A stretch of DNA of 64,000 nucleotides. Source: Anthoceros angustus. Its lineage: Eukaryota > Plantae > Anthocerotophyta. Position numbers and translations under genes: made by a program. Positions 1 through 10,200 of the stretch are shown piece by piece. Under the pieces are notes generated by a model, which saw only the letters and a list, made by a program, of their open reading frames with translations, had not been told where the DNA came from and did not search any database. The first letter of the stretch is position 1; each line of letters begins with the position of its first letter. The stretch spans positions 124,001 through 188,000 of the forward strand of contig VJWM01000117.1 in NCBI GenBank assembly GCA_010909165.1, written 5' to 3'.

Positions 1-1550
1 TTACTCACATCCCTGCCTGGGACAAAGTTAAGGAGGCCTTTGAGCTCTTCTCTCATGAGCTTTGGTGGGCTTGAAGGTCAAGCCGCCCAAGGCTGCCGTC
101 TCCGCTGGGGATTCTACCTACTTTGCGCCTCAGAGATTGCCCGCCTGGGATCATGGATTCTAGGGGTCCTCTTCGTTCCCCGACTTCACCTGGAGCTGAC
201 CAGTTTCGCAGAGACCTCTCCCATGTCGAGGACCTCCTTTGCCGGAGGATGTGTGGCCTTTGGAATTCTTTCCTCCTGCTTTGCTAGGCGCCCGTTACCT
301 CATCCAGACACGCCTCCGCCCCGACACTTTTGTCTCCTCTGCGGTTTGATAGGAAGATTATGGATACTTTGGGACATCCCGGGCCTGGGGCTTTTGAGTG
401 CCCTATGGGCGATCCGCTCACGGCCTCTACTGCAATTTGAGGCACGTTCCGCTCACTGGAGGTCTCTTCCCGGCTGGGCTTCCGGCGCTGGGCCCTCTCC
501 ATCCTCCATGACAGCCCTTTCCGAGGATCTCGATCGTGTGGAGGAGGAACCTTCTCCAAACATCCTTGAGGCAAGCTAGGACATGTTATCGTGGATGCTC
601 AAGGACTTCCTCCTTTCTACATTTATTACTCGATGGTTTCAGGGGTTGCAGCATCTCGCCGAGAAGCACCGCCAGCTTTCCACCCGCCTCCAGACCCTCC
701 ATCCCTGTGTCCACAAGAGCGCTGGCCCGCTCTTGTTCTCGAAGGGCAGTGCTATTGGCCCGCCCCATGCATACGGGTTTTCACATCGCACCAACCACCT
801 TCACCATCGCGATGCGATTCCATCTGGCCTCGCCCACCGTGGCTTCTTCGCCCTTACTTGAAAGCGGCTCGCCTCGATGATTATGGTACACCTTGCGTTG
901 TCCCAGGGGTCATCGCACTCACGACGCCATCCGCGATGTCATGTTCGCCATCGCCGCGAAAGCGGCTACATGGCCCGGAGGGAGCGGATGTATACCTCGC
1001 ATGTGTCGCTCAATCGTGGCGACTCGTCCGTGGCGCACTGTGTTTCGTGGCGTATGTGGTGGTTACCGATCCTACACGAGACACCATCTCCGCCAGTCAT
1101 CACTAACCTGTCCAGTCGTCACGAGCAGCGCTCAAGGTCCGCAATATAGTGTGATGCAAGTGGCCACCTCTTTATTCCGCTTGCACTAGAACGATAATGG
1201 TCGAGGACTTTGACAAATTTGTCAAGTCCTCGTGCCAAAGCTTACCATGCACGTAGACACTGCGGGCTATCCTCTCGTGATTACAAAGATACTTCCGAAC
1301 GGGTTTCAATTGCCCTTCAACGCGCCTAACTATGATCCTCCACAAGGCGGCGAGGGTGACGATCTTCCTCTACCTCCATGGTTTGCAGCCGCTTATTCTT
1401 CCCGTGACATGACATTGTGGGTGTGAGGTGACTTTAGGTAGGAGCTTAGTTGCTCCTCTCCACCTCGACCCCCTAGTCCCCTTTGGTTGTCCCCTCCTGG
1501 ATGGGCTTTCCCCATCAGTTTTTTCACCTCAATAAAAACCTTTCTTCTTC
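1..1550 (+). mobile_element. 3' portion of a CRE-like non-LTR retrotransposon (RT thumb region, CCHC zinc knuckle, restriction-like PD-(D/E)xK endonuclease), frameshifted
   Basis: Stitching frames gives motifs in the order typical of CRE/RLE elements: 'QAA...ASEIARLGSW' (~80-155), 'FHIAPTTFTIAMRFHL' (~780-830), 'DDYG..LRCPRGHRTHDAIRDVMFAIA' (~875-955), 'ESGY.ARRE', 'VVVTDPTR' (~1055-1080), 'GHLFIPLALE' (~1162-1191), 'RVSIALQRA' (~1300-1326). Then a pyrimidine-rich 3' UTR, AATAAA at 1531 and a TTCTTCTTC tail. The 5' part lies outside the window. Confidence 0.72.
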
Positions 1551-1667
1551 AAGGGAGGACAATATCAATATTATGACTATCTTTTATTGAAATTCCCAAT
1601 TTTTCTGAAGTGGAAATGCTATTCCGAAGTGAGAATGCCAGGAGCCATCATTGTGTGTCCAAATGGC

Positions 1668-1976
1668 TTAGGCCAAATGGACACACATTTATAAGAACGT
1701 CGTTATTAAATATTAAACATCCTGCACTTGGATCGGTACTTAGATGGGGTGCCTAAAGGGAATGGACGCCCTTGGTGCAAGTAGCTTAGGCAGACTATGG
1801 TACAAGTTTTTAAGTACCAAGTCCCATGGATGTCCTTGTGCAAGTAGCTTAGGCATACCATGGTACAAGTTGTTAATGCAAGTAGCTTAGGCATACCACG
1901 GTACAAGTTGTTAAGTACCAAGTCCATGATGGAAATTCGTCCTTATTGGACTTAAATAAAATTCATTCTTCTTCTT
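1668..1976 (+). mobile_element. Short (~210 bp core) dispersed non-coding element with AATAAA+(TTC)n 3' end; this copy has internal duplications
   Basis: Reverse complement of the units at 47046-47522 and 48760-49232 (ttaggccaaatggacacacattt...gatcggtacttagatggggtgcctaaaggg...aaataaaattc(a)ttcttctt). Confidence 0.8.
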
Positions 1977-2951
1977 TATCACCGGGATGTCACGCGCGAT
2001 GTGCCGTGCGCTGCTTGTGTGTACTGGGGGATGTGGGCAATCGTTGAAGGCGATCAGCAATCCCAGCTAGGTTGTATGGCTCCATGTTTCCAGGTTGTAT
2101 GTCCATCCAATTCGGGGCCCATCGATCATCAATCACGAGGCCAGAATGGCCCCGTGATTGACTCAAGCTGATCTTGTGACGTAAACTGAGCTCCCAGTAC
2201 CAGAAGGGGAGGAGGCGGTACTACATTTCCATACGAGCCCAGAAGGGCAGGAGGTAGTACTACATTTTCATGTGGGCCCATGAGGTCAAGCAGCACTACC
2301 TGGCATAGTACAAGCCGAACCACAAAAGTGGAGTACAGTACAAATGTAGTATAAGCCACAGATTTTATACGTGTTCCCCTCGCCTGGGAAGCTACATAGT
2401 ATCATTGCCCCAGATGAGCGGATGCTTGAAATCTCGAAGCTGTACTGTGCTCCATCTCCAGTTCTTCGAAGCTCATGGCGAAAGGTGCTGGGCCGCACCC
2501 TCCAACGCGACTTGTCGATGCATGCGCCCAGGCTGAGGCAGCGCATGACAGCAACACGAGAAGGAGGCCTTCTTCTGTCGTCCTCATGCACTGCCTCTTC
2601 CCTGGTCCCATGGAATCAAATCACTCCTGCATCAATGTTTCGCCCAGCTCACCAGTTTGTTGCTCAGAATTGTTTGCAGGAACCCACAAGTGGACGCAAA
2701 ATCCGGCAGCCGGGCTAGCAGTCGTTTCTTCCACAACAGACGATCATCCAGCCTGGCCACCAGAATTTGTCTTCTGCCGCTGGAGAGATGCATACAGCTG
2801 CGAACTCTAATATCTCAGAAGTAGTAGATTCCATGGGTCTGTTTTCTTTCATGAACATGAAGATCTGTATATACAGGAATTCTGTCCATTCTAGACGAAA
2901 ATTTGAAGAATCATCTTCTGTACAAGCATGAGTGGTAAGAAAGTTTGCAAC

Positions 2952-4197
2952 CTAACGCTTAACCCACTGGAAGCTCTTGCGAGCTTTCGCTTTTCCTGGC
3001 TTCTTCCGCTCCACGATTCGATCATCCCTTGTGAGCATTCCCTCTGGCAGCAACCCAACGTCAAAAGTGAGCGCGTGCAGGCAGCAGCAGTCGCTGAATT
3101 ACTGAGACGACAGCTTTGTGAACCTCACCTGATTTCAACAGTGGACGCAGTGCAGGATCAAACAGCTGCAATGCCTTGCTTATTCCATGTCTGAGCGCTC
3201 CCGATTGTCCTAGCAGAGGCAAGCATAGGTAAGAAAGTGGCAATTGCATCACATCTTGTTTACAGAAAATCAATGCGGTTTTCCGTCAGCTGATGTACCT
3301 GAGACTCCACCACCTTTGACAGTAGACCGAACATCAAAGCTTCCAAGAGTGTTGGTGATCACAAACGGTTCCAACACCTGGACACGGTGATCCAAGTCGA
3401 GGAAGTAAAGGTCATGAGATTTCCCATTTATAGTGATGTTACCTCCTCCCTCCGCGATCCACACCCTGGCTATAGAGGTCTTCCTCTTCCCCGTGGCGTA
3501 AGCCCTGCCAAGCGCATCGACTTGCTTAACCCTAGCTTTCTTGATCTCCTCCTGCTTCCTCCGCTCTGCTTCCCGCCGCTGTGCCTTCTTCTCCTGCTCG
3601 TCATCCTGTCCCAAAATCGAATCCAGAGGAGGAAGGCCCCGGATTCCCTTGAAGTTTCTGAATGCAATGAGATTGTCCAAGTCGTCTTCTGTGACATTTG
3701 CCAGCCGTGCTCCGAAATCCACAGGTCCTTGAGAATTGGCTGCTGGAAAGCGAGTCCCTGCAGCTCCCTTAGCATTGGAGGCTGCTAAATCGGACAAAAC
3801 GTGGGCAATTCTCTTCTACCAGCAAACAAGTAGTCACCACATCTCCCAATGTTGGCACCTACAGAGCTCATCACCACCCACTTCCTCACTGAATGTGCAA
3901 AATACGCGACTCACCAGCATTCTCGTTCCTCCTGGCAGGACCTCCGGTACTGGCAGATGCAGAATCGGGCCTTTCCCGCCTCTGGGTGGACGCAGGCCAG
4001 GCCGGGGCAGAGTCAGGTCTCCCTCCACCTCCCCGCTCCAAATCGCCAGTTCCGCCACCGCTCGCTTCTGAGAAAGCCCGACAACAGGGCCGCCATGGTT
4101 TCAAAGCCGGCGAATCGAAACTCCTTGCCCAAGAACAAAGCTGGGCCTCGAGCAGGCGACGCCAGGCCCCCGCCGCTCTGCTTCCAGACGCGGCCAT
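2952..4197 (-). CDS. RPS9: Nucleus-encoded mitochondrial 30S ribosomal protein S9 (uS9m); 4 exons ~4197-3915, 3815-3299, 3209-3129, 3043-2952
   Basis: Spliced translation contains '[16 protein letters not shown]...[22 protein letters not shown]...[28 protein letters not shown]', with canonical GT-AG introns and an Arg/Ala-rich targeting-like N-terminus. The exon 1 frame does not match exon 2 phase without one indel, probably a sequencing error. Confidence 0.93.
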
Positions 4198-4228
4198 CAG
4201 GTGAAGGGCAGACTCAGTTTTAGCAACC

Positions 4229-4243
4229 AGGGTTTAGGGGTTT
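4229..4243. promoter_or_regulatory. Telo-box-like motifs (AAACCC(C)TA on - strand) in the tiny RPS9/URB1 divergent interval
   Basis: agggtttaggggttt lies between the two start codons. Telo-boxes are established elements of plant ribosomal-protein and ribosome-biogenesis promoters. Confidence 0.5.
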
Positions 4244-4247
4244 ACGG

Positions 4248-7200
4248 ATGGGCATGGAATTCTACACGAGAACTGCAGCTCGAAATATGGAGACCGCGTC
4301 GGAGATGGAGGTAGAAGCCATGGATGCGGAGGAGGAGGAGGCGGGGGTGGATGCAGAGCTGGAAAGAGCTGTGCAGCTGGATGAGAAGACTCGGGCTTTG
4401 GCAGCGGCTCTGGGGACTAAAAATGCCGAAGATTTGGTAGCTGCGTTAGAGGGGATGAGAAGAGTTATTGAAGGCAAAGACGGAGGGGATGTGTTGCAGA
4501 GATATGTCTTGGGATCACCCAATTGCACCGAGTTGCAAGCAGCATGGGAAGCAGGTATGTTGGGACAAGGGGAGGGGTGGGGTGTTTCTGGGTTGGTTGT
4601 GGAGAGTCTGTACTTTGTTGAAGGATATTTGGTGCTGATGAAGATTTTATGCTGGGTCTGATTCAGGGCCAGACTCAGCAGTGAGTTTGCCTCTGCTGAG
4701 ACTTCTGTCTGCGATCCTTCGGCATCCTGCGGGATTAGTGACTGTCGAGGATGGTCATGGTGGGAGGAATGCTGATGAAGACAAGAGTGGAGTGAGAGTC
4801 CGTCTGAGGCTGGATAAACTTGCAACCTCTATCGTACGGACAAGAATGAAGGCTATGTATTCTCATCTGTTATCTAACAAGCGGTCAAGGCAGAATGCGG
4901 CTTTGATTTTGCTGACTGGAATTGTCTTTAGAAGTAAGGTCATTGCTGCGGAGCTTGCCAAGGACTTCAATTTTTCCCTGGAGGCCTTGCGGGAAATGGC
5001 GAAACCGCCTCGGCTGTCTGCAGGAAAGACCATGGTGCAGAGTCGGAGTTCACCTCTTTTCCAACCCACAAGGGTTGCCTTTGTAGACTTTGCAATGTCA
5101 TTTCTGACGATGAGCGACCCAGGGCTGCTCCGCTGGGTTCTTGCACAGCGCCCACTCTATTATGGTGTGCTGAGGTTCCTTGCTAGGGATGATGAGAAAA
5201 CTGTTACTTACGTTCTGAAGTTACTCCAGAAGAAAGTGGTAAATCCAACTGCTGCTGTGCCCCCCGGAATTCTGAACTCGTTATTCAGCGATCTTGCTCT
5301 TGATCAGTTGGCACAGATTGTTGTGAATGAGCAGTATGCCGATGCTCCTAAGCTTGCTTATCAAATTCTTGTACAACTTTGTACACGTTCAGGACATGGT
5401 TTATCCACAGCCTCCACAGATGTCTCCAAGTTTGTGGGAACATCTTCGTATGGCAGCAGAGACAGCAAATTATTAAGGCTAATGCTGCAGCTAAAGCCAA
5501 CAGTGTTTGAAAGGCACAGGACGTTGCTATTTACTATAGCAAGCTCAACACCAAAGCTGGCTGCAGCATATCTTGACTCCCTGCCGTTTTCTCTGCAGCC
5601 CAGACTGTCATCCTCTTGGTAACGATGTATAGGATTCTGGAAGCTTTATGATTGCCCTTCCTTTACCTGACTACATTGCTTGCTAATTTGTGCTTCCTCG
5701 CGCTGCAGGTTTGCTGCAATGTCAATTGTTGCCGAACTTGTTCCAAGGGCTAGTGTTCCACCTCCATTTTCCTCTCTAGTTGCCCAAGGATTCTGTCCTG
5801 CACTGGATGGGCCACTAGTACAAGGAACCATTCACAGTCTGATTCCTCGTGCCCTTCCAAGAGTTGCTCTTAGCAAGGGACTTCAACATGCAAATGTCCT
5901 GGTCATCCAGGCTTACTTGAAGGTTATTTTGGTGGCTTTGCAGTCTGCAGAGCTTCTTCTCCGAGGAATCCTGGAGGCTGCTGACTTCTGTGGTGTCACG
6001 CCTGTCACTGGCAATGCTAGAGATGGCATAGCCAAATCCTTGTCAGAAGCAGGTTGTACGAATGAGCTCAATGATATACCAAGGCATGAGGTTTTTCGGA
6101 ACACCTTTCTGAAGCTGGAGTCTACCTCACGGTCCTGCGGGGCTATTCAACCCTATCAGACTGCAGTGAACAGCAAACATGGAGTGTCTGTCACTAGCGA
6201 TTACTGGCACGGGTTTGCTAGACATGTTCAGGATTCTTTGTGTGCATTGTTGCCTGATCCACAGCTTCTCATGAGACTGCTACACTCTAAGGAAGGAGTG
6301 ATGGCTGTCAGCAAGAAAAGAAAATTGCAGGCTGACAGTGACAGTGAGGTAGCAAGAAGCAAGAAACAACGTGTGGGGAAAGTGTCTACAGAGGGTGACA
6401 CAGGTGGTAATCACGGTCCTGGAATGGATGATATCAGCGATGAGGAGGATCTCTTTGATTACTTAAAAGTAGAAGACCTTCTTCCAGAGGCATTAGAACT
6501 TTTACACAGGGAAGGCCTGCGCAATGCGAAGGTTCTTGAAGTCTTGGGAGCATATCAGGTATGCTTGTATTCTCTTTAAGGATCCACTGCTGAACAGTAA
6601 AAAGCTCAGGGTATTGGCAGCTTCCTAGGTTACATGACGAGCATTCCCAGCTTCTCAACCAACAGTACTGAGGCACTCAAGTAGATAACCCTTAGTATAG
6701 TGTATTGACGCTGCAGCTGCTTGTAAGTCAATTCATCCGTGGTTGCTTGTTGGTTGCAGAGAGTTTTGCCAGTGTCTCTGGCAGATAATCGTTTTGATGC
6801 CTTCAAGCTTTTACCTGACGATCCAAGTTCCTTGTTACCTGCACAGCAGAGGGCTCTGCTAGGTTTGTTATTGTCTGTCACAGACCACGACTTTAATAGC
6901 TCTGCTGGCACTAAGAGGCGTCTGTGGCTGGATATGCCAAAATCTGGACCTATATTCAAACATGTGAGGTCGTTGCTACGCGTGATGATTTCCACTGATT
7001 TAGATGATATAAGGAAGCAAGCACGTGAGCTTTCCTCCAGAGCTATGATAAGTACTGGTGCTTTTGACAGCACAAGTTACGAGGTCTCTTTGCTGCTAGA
7101 CTTCATTCCCTTGAAGTCGATGACTTGTGTCAATCCAGATCCTAGGAAAAGGTCTGGCGTAGCTCGTATTCAGAGTCTCTATGCAGATGCTGTGGTTGCA

Positions 7201-10200
7201 TTTTTAGCAGATGCAATCTGTTCTATTGGACTGAATATCTATCAATATCTGGACCAGCTGCATACCCTCCTGGCTGCTGATCCTCTGCTGGACCGTGCCA
7301 AGTCTTCTACTCTGCAGAATGGCAGAGGTCATGGTAAACTGTCGTCACTCCTGATTTTAATACATGCTTGCCACTCTGTTTCCTTTTACTAGAGACTCAG
7401 TGACTGTTGCCGATTTTGTGACTGATGACTTGTTTGTATGCCCTCCAGACTTGGGGGTTTTGGGATTTGGGCCCTTTGTCCTGTGTCTTTTAAATAACTG
7501 GCGGTCCAAAGCTGCAAAACCACCTCAGCTTGCGGTTTTGGCATCATATGTTGCTGCTGTTTTGCTTAATCTGTTGATGTCTCAGGTATGTTTCTGTTGT
7601 AGTCTCAGCCCCTTCAAAATCATGTGCACGTTTGACTCGCACCATGGGTCTGCATTTTTTGATGTGTAAAATCTGTTCCTGCGCCTTACTACCAATTTTA
7701 ACCGTGATGAACAGGCTAATCCTCAACCTCTGGCAATGCTCATTAAGTCAACTTTGCACCCTGAGGATACTCTTGCCTCTCATTCCGTTGAGGCCTCAAA
7801 TTTGCGGGAGTGGACTCCACTTGTATATTTACTGTCAACAGTGCAAGATGTGTTAAGCAAGACTAACTCGACCAAGCCACAACGGCATCCATCTTCCACA
7901 GAATTCAGCAAGTTCTTCACAGGAGAGGGGGAAGGAATTGCAGAACAAGATGCTTCAGTGCTGGCAGATCATGGTTTACGTGCCACTCCAGAAGAGATAG
8001 TTGGCGTTTTGCCGGAACTAGTTCGAACATTGATTATGCATTTCCAAGCAGATTTTTCTATCCTCATCTTCCAAACTTCAGTGTACAAGCATCTGCTGCC
8101 TGAGATTGCTGACCGTTGGACAGACATCTTTGAGAACGCAGTTGGACTTATAGGATCTGATGGCAGGGCGACCAACCTGGAAGACATTGACCTGGCTATG
8201 CATCCGTCTGTCGCTACTGGTATTGCACACCTTATGAGGCTTTTGCCGTTTCACATTTTATTCCCTGCTATTGCACATAGTAGAAGACTCCTTTCTCTGA
8301 TGCCTTTGAAGAATCTCCTCCATGACACCATTTCCAACATGGCCCCGTCGAGATGGTTATTTTCTGCAAACCTTATCCTTTTCCAAGTCGGAACTGTATC
8401 TTCGTTTGATAGATCTGCAGAAGAGTTTGAACAACTTCATACGTATTTCTCTCTTTTGAGGCATATGATTTTCCAGCTTGATCCCTTAGATCTCACAGGC
8501 TCTGTGGATGATGAGCATCACAGGATCACATGCTATGGTAATATGATTTCAGGAGTCCTGGCTCATCCAGTTTTTCAACAGTTCCTGACACCTCGGGTTC
8601 CCAAATCTCTTCTGGCAGTGAAGATTGCTAAGTTTGATAAGCTTCTGGATGAAAAGAAGGATTTGGGGGGTGTGAATCGGATGAACGAGCTATGCATGCA
8701 GCTAGCCTCGTCCAGAAGGAGTATGCAAGTGGGAGACTACTTGCTTCTTGAATTCCTGCAGGAACTTCTGAAACACAGCCAGCTTCTTCACTCGAAGTCT
8801 TGTTCTAAATCTGCCAGACCTCTTCTTCACAATCTGCACGAGAGAATCCTGTCGTCATCTCAACCACATATTTCTTCTGCTGTTGCTGCATTGAGGACAC
8901 AGTTGGGTGACATCGAAGGATTGAAGAAGCTTTCAGGATCCCCTTTGTTGTATGCCCTGTCTGCACTCCTACCTTATGTTGAATCCTCCATTCTGGTGGA
9001 TTTGCTGTTTAACCTTCTTTCTGGAATCAGTCAGTCGTCTCTGGAGCTTGATCATTCACTGGACTCTCTTACTTTTCATTTATCCATTATCATATTCAAT
9101 GCTCTGTCATCAGTGTACAGCCAGCGTCCAAATGAGACAAAACTGCAGACGATTCAGGGTGATGCCTTTGAGGACTGTACATCAGAAAAAGTAGCTTATG
9201 TTCTGGAGGCACTTGCTGAGACAGTCATCAGAGCCGGTTCAGAACTTGGTGATCGCTGCTTGCTTGCGGCTTTGCAGGCCCTTCAAGGGAGTCACCATTC
9301 TGTGGTATCTTCTCCGGAGTCCAAGACTCCTGAGCTGCCAAGGCTGACTCATCTGACCTCTTTTATCCCTGTTGACGTGTTGTGGTACTGTGTGAAACAG
9401 CCTACTAGAACGAAGGCAAGCATCATGGACTATTTAATCCAAAGCAGCTCAGTGCACTTGGTAGAATTCGGTCGAGCCATGGCATATGCAACTTCTGAGA
9501 AAGGACACAGAGTCTCTGAGGACACGAACATGGAGACAGCTGCAGCATTGATGAGGTCGGGTTTAGCTGACCTCAAAAGTGTTCCACTCCTTTCAGATGA
9601 ATCGTTGTTACTTTTTTTTTCTCCTGCACTTAAGTACGTATCCTCTCAAGTTGAGGAAGGACAACCATCGAAAACTGGCATGGTGGCACAACATATTGCA
9701 CACGTTTATGGAAAGGTACTTTGTGACGCCATCAAGAGGTGGGAAAACTCCAAATTTCTTAAGGACGAGGCATCCTCAGGAGATAGTGATTCTGGCTGTG
9801 AGATGAATATGGACAGGATATACTTCAGCTCCACTGTTGCAAAAGCTGTAAGGATGCTGGAGCTTTGTATGACCCTGGATCCAACATGTGGTGGTGAGAA
9901 AGAGGGTCTACGTTGTGCTCTGCTAACAAGCAACAAGAATATGTTAAGAACTTTGGCAAATCCTGAATTCTGTCACTCAGAATCCAAATTACAGCAGATG
10001 GCTATCGAAATTTTTGGTAGAGTCAGCTTATTGCAGACATTAATAGCACCTGGTTGTCAAAATGAATCGTCTGGAACTGGAGGAATCGCCTCCAATGGGG
10101 TATCTGAAAAGCAGGTATTGAAGAAAGGATGTAAAAGCAAAGGACAGGTACTGAAGTACATCAACTTCCTCGTTGACAGTATAAATGTATTATTGACTCA

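Noticed and set aside
1980-2900. Several 70-115 aa ORFs and a ~46 bp direct repeat (2197-2275)
   Set aside because: No recognisable motifs or consistent splice pattern, so a gene call cannot be supported.
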